Both the position numbers and the translations under genes were made by a program. A DNA stretch of 64,000 nucleotides, from IMG/VR virus record IMGVR_UViG_3300037225_001188, positions 32,001 to 96,000 of that record. One strand, 5' to 3'. This DNA comes from a virus. The notes under the pieces were generated by a model. That model was not told the DNA's origin, ran no database searches, and was given only the letters and a program-made list of their open reading frames with translations. Below are positions 31,503-41,808 of the stretch, piece by piece (within the stretch, counting starts at the first letter, position 1; every line of letters begins with the position of its first letter).

Positions 31503-31982
31503 TCACAGCACGCCCCGGTCGGTCAGGCTCACGTAGTTGTCGCCGCCGATGATGCAGTGATCCAACAGCAGGATGCCGAGGAGCTGACCGCACTCCTTGA
31601 GCCGGCTCGTCAGGGCGAGGTCGTCGCCGGATGGCTCCGGGTCGCCGCTCGGGTGGTTGTGCACGGCGAACCAGGCCGCGGCCGCGGCGGAGATGAGCGG
31701 GCGGAACACCTCGCGTGGGTGGACGTCCACCTGCGCGAGCGTGCCGCGGCTGACCTCGAAGCACGCCTTGACGCGGTGCTTGCTGTCGAGCGCCAGGGCG
31801 AAGAAGCTCTCCTGCTCGCGCGTCGGCAGGTCCGGGTAGCGCTGCAGGACGAACTCGTAGACTTGCTGCGGGCTGCGTAGGCGATCGGAGAGCGGGCGAG
31901 GGCGAGCGTAGCGCACCACCTCGGCCTCCGCGAGGAAGGTGCGGGCGGCCTCCACGGCCGCGGCAAATGACCTCTGGGCCAT
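31503..31982 (-). CDS. radC: RadC-like JAB-domain protein
   Basis: EQESF, VHPREVF, HNHPSGDPEPSGDD, LLDHCIIG. Confidence 0.93.
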   Translation of the reverse strand: MAQRSFAAAVEAARTFLAEAEVVRYARPRPLSDRLRSPQQVYEFVLQRYPDLPTREQESFFALALDSKHRVKACFEVSRGTLAQVDVHPREVFRPLISAAAAAWFAVHNHPSGDPEPSGDDLALTSRLKECGQLLGILLLDHCIIGGDNYVSLTDRGVL

Positions 31983-32018
31983 GCTGCTCCTGTCTCCGGG
32001 CTCGTGGCCCGGGGTTGT

Positions 32019-32056
32019 CGGCCGAGCAGAGCAGGAGTCGAACCCGCGCTGCCCGG
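32019..32056 (-). ncRNA. tRNA-like minihelix 6
   Basis: CCGGGCAG-C-GCGGG-TTCGACT-CCTGC-T-CTGCTCGG-CCG. Confidence 0.7.
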
Positions 32057-33158
32057 GGTGCTGCAGGGTTTCCGGGGCTCCGAGCCCCGGCGCTACTCAA
32101 CCAACTGTCGAGCTGCCTCCTTGAGGATGCACACGCCGGCGCCGAGCCCAAGCCAGTCTCCGCACGAGCGGAGCTGCTGGTCGACCTCCGGCCCGAGCAT
32201 CGGGACCAGCGCGTCCCAGCGAGCGAGCGGGATGTCGTTGAAGCTGTTGGTCTGGTCCTTCTCCTGCGGCAGCTTGAGCGACAGGACGGTGATGCGGAAT
32301 GCGACAAGCTGCCGCACCCCAACCGTGACGAACTGGGAGTAGTACTTGCGGTGCCGCTGCTCCGCCTCCTCCCGAGAGATGAATGGGGCCATGTACTCCT
32401 TGCGGGTCATCATGCGTTATCTCCTTGACCGGCGGTCCATCCGCCAGTCGATGTAGAGCCAGAGGAAGCCGCACCCGGCCAGCATGCAGACTTCGAGCAT
32501 CACGCCACCCGCCCCTGGCTGGTGGCGGTGATGACGATGCGCTCGAAGACCGACGCCTCCGGGTCCTCATCGTACTCCACCCCGCCGTCCTCGCTGCCGC
32601 GGTAGGCCACGGCGGCCGCCCGGGACCAGCAGATGACGTCGAGGGTGACCGACTCGCCGCGGGAGAGGCAGAGCGCGACCGCCAGGCCGGCTGCCTCGTT
32701 GGGGTCGTCGCACACCTTGGTTTGGGCTTGCCCGTTGGTGAAGTCGACGTGGTACTCCAGGTCCTTGTGGCCGGCCATGCTAGCTGCTCCGCTTCCCGCT
32801 GGCGGAGATGGCGGCCATGGCGGCGCGGGAGATGGCCACCTCGGCGGCCTCGGTCGGGATGACGCCGCTGCCCATGGAGATGCGGCCGGCGTTACCGACC
32901 AGCTCCACGATGCTGAAGCGGCGCTCGCTCTCCGTGATGACCAGGGACAAGGTGTCCCCGGTCAAGGTCTCCAGGCGGCGCAGGGCGGAGGAGTACTTCG
33001 AGGTCAGGTGGATGTCGGTCATGGGGTTCCTTCTCCTGCCTCGACGGGCAGGTGGGACAAGGTGTATGCTGTCTGGGTGAGCTGATAAAAGTCGGGCCGC
33101 CCCTGGACGCAACTCCAAGAGCGGCCCTGATCAACCAGGTCCCGGGAGGGCCTAGCCG

Positions 33159-33385
33159 ATGTCGAAGTCCAAGATACCTGAAGCGCCAAGAGACAGCAAC
33201 GGAGAACCGGCGGTGCGGCCGCCGCGCGACTGGCACGGTCTCCCGTACTGGCCAGCTGCCATCGACGAGCTTGGCCTTGACCCGTATGACATCCGCGTCT
33301 ACCTGCGGGTGTGTCGCCGGGCCGGTCTCAAGAAGCACTGCTTCGAGAGCGTCAGGAGCATGGCGGCCGGGTGCCGTTGCCGAGC
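33159..33385 (+). pseudogene. Truncated HTH paralogue of 18503-18871
   Basis: IDELGLDPYDIRVYLRVCRRAG...FESVRSMAAGC, then degenerates; similar 5' leader. Confidence 0.55.
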
Positions 33386-33456
33386 AGCAGGTCCACCTGC
33401 ATCTCCTGCTCGTCGCCCAGGTCGGGGCGGTCGTCGAGGTGGTAGCCGGAGGCCAG

Positions 33457-34107
33457 CTATGCGGTCTCGAAGAGCGCCAGCACCTCGGAGTCGGGCACGT
33501 ACTTCGCGGCCGGCTCGCTCGCGTCGTAGGTCTCCAGCGGGAGCGTGGAGACGAACCGCTCGGCCTGGTAGACGGCCCAGGCAGCCTGCTCGGCGTCCGT
33601 CTCCGGGCAGAGCAGCGTGGTGGGCTCGGCCCGCGGCGGGAGCGCGATGAGCTGCTCGGCGGCGTCAAGGGCGACGCGGCTGGTCTTGAAGTTGGCCGTC
33701 TCTGCCATCCCCTCGCGCCGGGCCATGTGCCGCTCGCGCCGGCGCCGCTGCTTGAGGCCCTTGCTACCGGGCCGGTAGGCATACTCGTTCTCCAGGCGCC
33801 AAGCCAGGTCGCGTTTGTGGCTGGCGAGGAAGCGCTCGTGACTGGCGGCCGACGTGGCCGCGTAGTACTTCTCCCGCACCGCGACGCTCTCGTGCTTGGC
33901 CTTGACGCTCTCGTGGTAGTAGGCCTCGAAGATGACGCCGCGGTCCAGGTAGTTGCGCATGGCCTGCCGCGCCAAGCTATCCAGGACGGCAAGCCGCTCG
34001 CCGAGCTTGAGGGCCTCGGCGTCGAGCGCTGCTGCCTTCTCCAGGTGCCGCTCGGCCGCCGCCTTGAACCCGGCGACGGCGAGTGCCTTCTCCTGCCGCT
34101 TGCCCAT
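33457..34107 (-). CDS. Hypothetical protein
   Basis: ORF with hairpin-RBS leader. Confidence 0.6.
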   Translation of the reverse strand: MGKRQEKALAVAGFKAAAERHLEKAAALDAEALKLGERLAVLDSLARQAMRNYLDRGVIFEAYYHESVKAKHESVAVREKYYAATSAASHERFLASHKRDLAWRLENEYAYRPGSKGLKQRRRRERHMARREGMAETANFKTSRVALDAAEQLIALPPRAEPTTLLCPETDAEQAAWAVYQAERFVSTLPLETYDASEPAAKYVPDSEVLALFETA

Positions 34108-34153
34108 GACGTGTCCTCTTCTCCCGAGCCTCGCCCGGGTGGTAGGTGCTACT

Positions 34154-34191
34154 TGGCCGGCCAGCGGTGGAGTCGAACCACCTGCTGCCGG
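34154..34191 (-). ncRNA. tRNA-like minihelix 7
   Basis: CCGGCAGC-A-GGTGG-TTCGACT-CCACC-GCTGGCCGG-CCA. Confidence 0.75.
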
Positions 34192-34745
34192 GTAGCTGCC
34201 AGGTTCTCCGGCGGCCCGGCCGCCGGTGCTACCGCTGCCGCCCCTCGGCCACGTCCAGCTGCCTGCTGTTGTCCTCCCAATCCGAGCAGGCCTCGTCGTC
34301 GCTGCCCGCCATGCAGTCGGCCAAGGTGACTGGCTTAGCCGGGCAGGCGCCGGCGATCTCCGCCAGCGCGTCCGGCAACTCGCGGAGGGCGGCCACCGGT
34401 TCGCGCCGCAGGTACTCCAGGTAGACGCCCACCCGGTGGACCTGCTCCACCTGGCACGACGTCATGGAGGGCTGGGAGAAGAGAGCGAGGGTGATGAGCA
34501 GGGCGCCCATCTCCTACCGCCCCTCCAGCGCCTCGTCGGCGCGGTCGGCGATCTGGAGCAGAGACAGGCCGGTGCTGGCCCACCCGGAGTAGGCGCAGTC
34601 GATGAGGGCCTGGCAAACCACCAAATCGGTCTCCGTGCTGGCGGCGCGGTAGGCATCGGCGGACAGGTCGGCGATGGCGCGGCGCATCTCGTGGCTCATG
34701 GGGTTCCTGTTCTCCCAGCTCAAGGCCGGGTGGTAGGTGCTGCGT

Positions 34746-34788
34746 TGGCCTGCCGGGCGGGAATCGAACCCACGAGCCGGGCGGCAGG
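34746..34788 (-). ncRNA. tRNA-like element 8
   Basis: CCTGCCG...GTGGG-TTCGATT-CCCGC-C-CGGCAGG-CCA. Confidence 0.75.
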
Positions 34789-35487
34789 TTTGCTACCAGG
34801 TTCTCCCTAGCAAGTGCAGCCGTCCGGGATGTCGTTCTCCTGCTCGGGCTGGCCGTTGACGTGGGCGATCGGCTCGGAGTCCAGCTCCGTCTCCGTCTCC
34901 AGCGTCCCGCTGCTGAGGGCCGTGAACGGGAACAGCTGGAAGGCGTCGTCGTAGTCCGGGTGCTCGAGCTGCAGCACGGTCTCCATGCAGTCGGCCTGTG
35001 CCTCGGCGGTGCCGTAGCCAACGGGCGCCACATCCTGCGCCACGACCATCTCCGCCACCACCAGGTCCAGGGCGTCGGGCTGGCCGGCCAGCATCTCCAT
35101 GACCGCCGGGAAGCAGGAGTACGCCGGGCGGTCGGAGCGGGGCGCGGTGGCCTCGATCGGCGCCAGCTCCACGGCCATGGTCCGCACGTTGCAGCGGCCG
35201 CCGTAGCGGAGGCCGGTCTTGTGGTCGACCGCCGTGACCCACTGCTCGTCGTCGGGGACGCTGCCGGAGTGACCGCGCTTCTCCACGCCCAGCATGAAGC
35301 CGGACGCCAGCAGCACGACGCAGCGCTTGCTAGTGAACGTGCCGCCGAGGCGCGCGGTGGTGGAGTACAGGGCGCGCATGGCCTGGCGCTTCTCCATGTC
35401 GCCGCCGGCCGGTACGAATCCTCCGTTGTCTGCCATGGTCTTGCTCCTGGTATCTCCCGAGCCTCGCCCGGGTGGTTGGTGCTGCGT

Positions 35488-35549
35488 TAGTGCCTGCCGG
35501 TGGAGTCGAACCACCGAGCCGCTGTGCTAGCCGGCCGTCCCACGTAGGC
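35488..35549 (-). ncRNA. tRNA-like element 9 (longest)
   Basis: GCCTAC...GGTGG-TTCGACT-CCACC-GGCAGGC-ACTA. Confidence 0.65.
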
Positions 35550-35959
35550 TCCCTTCTCAGGCTCCCTTCTTCGATCTCCCGGGTATCGCGCCCAGGATCT
35601 ACGCCGCCCGCGCCAGGCGCACCGTGCAGAGCGCCTTGGCCGTCTCTCGGCTGGGCCGGTGGCCGATGCACTTGCGGGTACGGCCGTTGCTCCAGTAGCA
35701 GGCCCAGTCGGTGCCGGAGAACTCCACCGCCCACGCCAGGTGGCCGGAGCTGGCGCTGGAGACGTTGAGGTGGTCGGTCCAGGCCAGAGCGGCGGCGGCG
35801 TCCAGCCTGCTGGCGTGCTGCATGGTCTCTGCCTGCTTCACCGCGTACCCGGCCTGGAAGCCGGAGACGTACTCGGGGTCGGTCCTACACATCCCGCGCC
35901 CGGTCTCCCGGGCGGTGTAGCCATGCTGGTAGCCGAGCTTGTACATGGGAGAGCCTCGC

Positions 35960-38190
35960 AAATAGGTTGGCGGTTATAAACCGGTGGCACGTCCACCCTG
36001 GATTGCTAGGGCATAAAGTACAGGGGTAGTACGGTATATCTCAGGACACACTACTCCCTTGGGGGGTGGCCCTGCTAGGTACATGGTACTAGGTACATGG
36101 TACTACGGCCTATATGTAGGCACACTACTCCCTACATGGTAGGCTAGTCTCTGGCCCGTCTGCTCTGCAAGGTTGACGGTGCCGTCTCTACACGCGCGGG
36201 AGTACTCTAGGGGAGTACTCTACCGCGCCAGCTTGAATCGCGCGTCATCAAACCGCGCGAAGTGCGCGCGATTGCTCATTTGGTGCCGCACTCGCCTTTG
36301 AGGCTAGCCCCTGACTGGTGAATCCCAGTCTAAGCGTGCGGCAGACACCTTAGCCTCGCGTTGTGTGACCCTCTGCTAGCGCACAACCATGCCTAGCTAT
36401 CTCCAGCCTACATGGGGTAGCTACACTCCCACAAAGCCTGCTAGACTCGCTGCACGCGGCACGTTCGAGTCACCCAACGTTCGCTCAAGTGTCTTACCAC
36501 GGTATCGCCTAGCTACCCGTGGCCCCTTCCCTCACTCGCCCGGTACGCTACCTCTGGGAGTGTTCTCGCCTCGAAAGGCTCGACTCCGACGATAGACCGG
36601 TTAAGGGGAAGGTGGCGATTCAATTGTCATAGAACGTCGGTTTGCGATGCTCCGAAGCTACGCTGCTAGCGTGCCACATCGTACCCTCACACTAAGACGC
36701 CTCGACCATGTGCTACAGGCTATCTCCTGGCTTATACTCCAGGGTGCTCAGGTATCGGCTGTCACTAGCCCGACTCCTCCGGTATGTCGCTGCCTCTGTC
36801 CCTTCCACGCGCTTATCGCTTGTGGACCTGAGGCACCGTTTACCTAGCTAGGTGGTGGTTTCCTTTCCCCACGTGCGATAAGCGCCAGTGGTAGTCGCGT
36901 ATGCTCTACCGCGTACGAATGCTGCGCGGTATGTCGCGTTTTTCACGCTACCGGGGGCCATGTGGCGCCCATGGTAACCGTCGAGATAGCCTTGCTCAGC
37001 CGCGCGATATCCTGGCATGTAGGGGCCAGAATCGTCGGGGCGGCGGATGAGCTGCGCTTGATGCTTAGCTCGCATCCTCTTCTGCACCATGACTGGATTG
37101 GCCATGGTTTACGCTCCGAATCTACGGCTAGCCGTGCGCACTATGCGACGGCTTGAGTAACTACCGTGTAACCCGTGGTTAACGTCTAGCGGGCTGGCAT
37201 TGCCGCGTGCTGCGTGGGCGTAGTCTGCAAGCCAATGCCGCGTGACCTTACGGCCCGTCCGGCACTTCCCACCGAGCAAGGCGCCAGCTACTAGCGCGAT
37301 GATGACGAGGAGTGCCATGCTAGGTGTCCCCAAGGATACGCGCAACGGCATCGGCAACCGTGGGTGCCCACACCGCGTGACCAGCGTGGTAGGCTTCCAC
37401 GATACCGGAGTCGAGGCGCATAAAGGTCCAATCTTCCGCAGTATCGGCAGCGAGCTTGGACGCTATGGCGTGGCGCGCGGAAGCCAGGGGGCTTTGCTCT
37501 GCCGTGTGTGCCGTCGCGTTAACCATGCCAGGGAAGCATTGCAACGTCAGGGCCAGGAAAGTGTGACTGCGATATCATGAGCTTGCGCGGTTTAGGTGAG
37601 GTCCAGACTCCCACCATTGACGGCCGGCGCGAGAGTGAGGCGCGAGAGATATTAAGGCGTTGCGCGATCTACATTGGAAGCATGGGGATAAATCCCCATA
37701 GGCAAGGCATTGGGACGACTGCGGTTTGCGGAGCGATAGGAACCATCGCAGGGAAGGGTGGGGGAGAAGACCCCACCTATAGTCATTTCCGCCATACGTT
37801 GCAATACGTTCTGATATGTAAAGCCTACCTACATGTACCCCTTTACATATGGTGTCTTGAGCCCCCAATTGACACGCGCATTGTACACCATACCTACATG
37901 TACCCCTTTACATATGGGGGCGCCAGCCCCCATCTACTAACCGATGGTCATGTGACCTGTGCCTGTTAACCGTCGGTCGTATCCTATCGACCGGAGTGAT
38001 ACGGGTGCAACGTCGTGATATTACTAGCGTGCGCTCATGTACTCCCTACTGTATGCCGTGCTACCGTACCCTTACAGACGCTCCGTCCTACCAGCTGGGG
38101 CCTAGAGGCTACTTGATCATGCTCGCGCGCACAGAATAGTTTTCAAACTACGTTCCAAGTTTCACGCCTCCTTCAAATCTTCCCTCGTAC
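35960..38190. other. Lower-GC, repeat-rich divergence region (control region, origin or genome end)
   Basis: Gene orientation flips here; few credible ORFs; CTAG-rich; short direct repeats. Confidence 0.6.
37826..37917. repeat. 27-bp direct repeat pair
   Basis: TACCTACATGTACCCCTTTACATATGG at 37826-37852 and 37891-37917. Confidence 0.9.
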
Positions 38191-39501
38191 GCTTCAGCAT
38201 GAAGAACCTCAAGCACTACCAGCGAGCCTATGATTCTAGGCGCCGTCCTAACCGCTCTCCGGATGCATTGCTCTCCGACGTCCTAGACAAGGTTGCCACC
38301 GCCCACACCATCCTCGAGCCCGACTTCACCCCAGGCAAGGATGCTGTTGCCGCCACCCTGCTCGAGCTGGTCTACGCCTTCGAGCGCCTCGACTCCTGGT
38401 TCTCGCACGGAGGGTCTAAGCCGCGGCTCTGGGCCAGGAAGAAGCTGCAGCATACCTCTCCCGTTTCTCCTGACGAGGTAGAGGTCGTGGTCTCCAGGCG
38501 CGGTCTTCCATGTCCCCTCAGCGGCGTCGAGGTCACTCTCACTGGAGAGTCCCAGGAGTTCGCGTGCCCGTGTGGGGCGATGTTTCAGGTCACCGGGTTG
38601 AGGACGCTCTTGATCGGTGTGCACCTGGCACAGCTGTCGTGGTGGTTCAGGACGTACGGCGACTTCATCAGGCCTTAACCACAGCCTTCCTCTCCAGGTT
38701 CTCGCGCCTCGCGCAAAACCCATCTCGTACAGCTTCTTACCGCCGCAGGCCTTTCACCTATGAGGCCTGCTTCACCAGGCGGTGAGGGGACTCTTGAGTG
38801 GCGATAACCATGCGCGGCGCCCGCGACTTCGTGCTCTGCGCTGCTGGCTGGGATGGCTTGGCACTTGATTAGGAGGAAGGCGTGAAAGTTCGCGAGCTGG
38901 TAGAGAAGCTGCAAGCCCTGCCGCAGGACCTCGACGCGTACGTTCAGGAGGGCGACTCGCCTAGCTACGCCTACCGGGCGGTCGAGTCCGCGGTGCGGCC
39001 GGCGGTGATCTCCGATGACGGGCGGCTGGCTGCGCTCCTCGCGGGTCGTCGTGAGGGGACCGTGCTCGACGGGGGTCTGAACTTCCGCGACGCCATGTCC
39101 GATGCCCTCCAGCGTGAACAGCTTCAGCGAGCGGTTCAGGGTCTTCACGATCACCGGCGTCGGGGGTCGACCGCGCCCGTCCCTGACGGCCTTGGCGACC
39201 TCGCCCTTGACCAGGCTGCGCAGCTCGCGGACCGACAGCTCCTTGCTGAGCGACACCATCGAGGACAGCTTCAAGGAGAGCGTTTGCCGGCCACGTCTGC
39301 GAAGACGACGAGCGCTTCGCGGTCGGAGACCGTGTCTCCGTCGGGACCTCAGACGAGGCGGCGCCTAACGCCACCGTGCAGAGCCCGCCGTTCACGGAGC
39401 GCGGCAAGCTCCGCATCTTGTTCGACGGCAGCTCGGTCACCTACGACATCCCGCGCTCGCTCTGCAAGAAGATCTGAAAATCCTCTCTCGTACACTTCCT
39501 C

Positions 39502-40281
39502 ATGAAGCCTGATCGACCCCGCCTCTACCGCGGCCGCCCCGTCCGGCCGAAGGCTGCGGCCGACCGGCCCGGCCGCACGGGCAACCCGCTCGTCGCCGTC
39601 GGGTACATCCGCGTCTCGAAGGATGAGCAGGACCTCTCCCCCGAGGCCCAGCTCGAGGCGATGGAGGGATGGTGCCGCGGCCGAGGCGTCGTCCTCGCCT
39701 CGTGGCACGAGGACCGCCTCTGCAGCGTCACCGCGGTGGACCAGCGCCCCGGGCTGATGGAGGCGCTCGAGCAGGTGCAGGCGCTCGGGGCCGGCGTGCT
39801 CCTCGTCGCCAAGCGCGACCGCCTCGCCCGCGACCCCATCATCACCGCGATGGTCGAGCGCCTGGTCGAGCGCGCCGGCGCCCGGGTGCAGTCCGCGGCT
39901 GGCGAGGGCACGGACGGCGACGGCCCGGTCGACCAGCTCATGCGGCGCATCGTCGACGCCTTCGCCGAGTACGAGCGGGCCCTCATCCGCCAACGCACCA
40001 AGGCCGCGCTGGCCGTCAAGAGCCGCCGCGGGGAGCGCGTCGGGGGCGTCCCGTACGGGTGGCGGGTCGCCGCGGACGGGGTGCACCTGATTCCCGACGA
40101 GGTCGAGCAGCACATCATCAAGATGGCGAGCGAGCTGCGCGACCAGGGGCAGTCGCTCAACGAGGTCTCGGACTCGCTTGCTCGCTTGGACCTCGTCTCG
40201 CGCCGCGGGGTCCCGTTACAGAAGATGTCGATCAAGCGGATGGTGAGCGGGCGGAGGCTCGCCCAGGTGGACCTGACTTGA
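39502..40281 (+). CDS. Serine recombinase (resolvase plus short recombinase domain)
   Basis: GYIRVS, RPGL, VAKRDRLARD, FAEYER..IRQRTK, GGVPYGW. Confidence 0.92.
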   Translation: MKPDRPRLYRGRPVRPKAAADRPGRTGNPLVAVGYIRVSKDEQDLSPEAQLEAMEGWCRGRGVVLASWHEDRLCSVTAVDQRPGLMEALEQVQALGAGVLLVAKRDRLARDPIITAMVERLVERAGARVQSAAGEGTDGDGPVDQLMRRIVDAFAEYERALIRQRTKAALAVKSRRGERVGGVPYGWRVAADGVHLIPDEVEQHIIKMASELRDQGQSLNEVSDSLARLDLVSRRGVPLQKMSIKRMVSGRRLAQVDLT

Positions 40282-40425
40282 TCGTCTGTGACCACTGCCG
40301 GCAGAGCGTGCTCGCCAGGCGCCGGGTCGTCTGCCCGCACTGCGACGCCGACCTGTGCGAGGGCTGCTACGACTCGCACCGCTGCCACGGGCGCGAGGAC
40401 GCCTGCCGCTGCCGAGAGGAGAGTC

Positions 40426-41694
40426 ATGCTCCAGACCGACCTGCTTGACCGCATCGCCGCAACCACTAAGAAGAACGAGAAGCTCGCGCTCCTGAAACAG
40501 GTCGAGGGGGAGACCCGCGAGCTGCTGCGTCTGGCGCTCGATCCGATGGTCACCTTCGGGCTCACCGTCGCCGAGTGCACGAAGCATGGCTGGAGCGGCG
40601 ACCCGCAGGAGGTCCAGCATGAGCTGCTCCAGGAGGCGGAGTGGTGGCCGGTCCTGACCGACCTGGCCTCCAGGCTGGCGTCGCGCAGCTTGACCGGCAA
40701 CGAGGCGAAGGAGGCGGTCCACGTCGTTTGCCAGTCGGCGCCGAACGCCGCGGCCGCGTTGTGGGCGTCGCGGATGCTCAACAAGGATCTCCGCGCCGGG
40801 GTCGCCGGCGGCATCGTCCTCGACGCCATCCCCGACCTCTACGAGGAGTTCGAGGTCTGGTTGGCGAAGCCGTACGAAGACCAAGAGCTGCCAGAGACAG
40901 CAGTGCTTGAACGCAAGCTTGATGGGTTACGCATGGTAGTGATGGGAGGCAAAGCCTTCACGAGAAATGGGCACGTCATCTCATCAGTCGATCCGATAAT
41001 CGAGCAACTACCAGATCAAGTTCGTAATAAATTCGTAACCGACGGTGAGATCGTTGGAGCCGAGTTCGATGATACTTCCGGTCAGGTGCGACAAAAGAAA
41101 GGACGAGCATCTGAATCGCTCGTGTACAATGTCTTTGATCTTATCTCCTTGCAAGAGTGGAAATCGCGAGACACAGCTATTCTTCTAGAGCGGAAAGAAA
41201 TGATGACCGAGTTGCTCATCCCATATCAAACTGAGAATATCGGCGTTGTTCCGTGGGACATTGTCAAGAATATAACAATTGAAGTAGCTATCGCTAAACG
41301 CGATAATTACTTGAGCCTCGGGTACGAAGGCGTAATGATCAAGGACGCATCGAGTCAGTACGTGTGGGGGCGTAACAACTCGATGATGAAACTCAAGAAG
41401 ATGGACAACCTCGATGGCATCGTCGTCGGCACATATGAAGGGAAGAAGGGTAAGACTAAAGGCAAGCTCGGAGGTCTGAGCGTAAGACATTCTGGCAAGA
41501 TCAAAGGCGGTCTCGAAGTCGAAGCCGTGACCGATGTCGGTAGTGGATTCACTGACAAGCAACGTGTTGAATTGTGGGCAATGCGTGAGCAGCTTGTCGG
41601 TTGGTGTGTCGAGATTCAATTTCAGAACTTCACGTCAAAAGAAGGAAGAATGCGCTTCCCGGTCTATCTTGGAAGGCGTCCAGATAAAGAATGA
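40426..41694 (+). CDS. ATP-dependent DNA ligase (phage type)
   Basis: ERKLDGLR (motif I), DGEI, FDL, YEGVMIK, MKLK, VGSGFTD, RFPVY. Confidence 0.95.
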   Translation: MLQTDLLDRIAATTKKNEKLALLKQVEGETRELLRLALDPMVTFGLTVAECTKHGWSGDPQEVQHELLQEAEWWPVLTDLASRLASRSLTGNEAKEAVHVVCQSAPNAAAALWASRMLNKDLRAGVAGGIVLDAIPDLYEEFEVWLAKPYEDQELPETAVLERKLDGLRMVVMGGKAFTRNGHVISSVDPIIEQLPDQVRNKFVTDGEIVGAEFDDTSGQVRQKKGRASESLVYNVFDLISLQEWKSRDTAILLERKEMMTELLIPYQTENIGVVPWDIVKNITIEVAIAKRDNYLSLGYEGVMIKDASSQYVWGRNNSMMKLKKMDNLDGIVVGTYEGKKGKTKGKLGGLSVRHSGKIKGGLEVEAVTDVGSGFTDKQRVELWAMREQLVGWCVEIQFQNFTSKEGRMRFPVYLGRRPDKE

Positions 41695-41699
41695 GACTT

Positions 41700-41771
41700 G
41701 GCTCGGCGGGGCTCGGTTAGGCGGGGCTTGGCGCTGCAAGGCAAGCTACGGCTCGGCGTTCCACGGCAAGG
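41700..41771 (+). ncRNA. Phased GGY-NN pentamer array, candidate guide RNA of the adjacent RAMP protein
   Basis: GGCtc GGCgg GGCtc GGTta GGCgg GGCtt GGCgc TGCaa GGCaa GCTac GGCtc GGCgt TCCac GGCaa GG; 11 of 14 units begin with GGY. Confidence 0.8.
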
Positions 41772-41808
41772 GATTCATTTAGTTAGTAGAACGCCAGAAA
41801 GATAATCA

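Noticed and set aside
24555-35549. T-loop elements as canonical tRNA genes
   Set aside because: No D-arm or 7-nt anticodon loop; only 36-62 nt long.
38712-38733. Possible gapped match of the GGY-NN code to the promoter-like motif
   Set aside because: Only about four of eight dinucleotides match, far weaker than the ligase site and compatible with chance.
38843-38865. GGC-rich stretch as another pentamer array
   Set aside because: Too short and not in 5-nt phase.
39502-40281. Serine recombinase as IS607 TnpA mobilising the TnpB element
   Set aside because: Lacks the N-terminal MerR-like HTH, has no adjacent tnpB, and the element ends are IS605-type hairpins.
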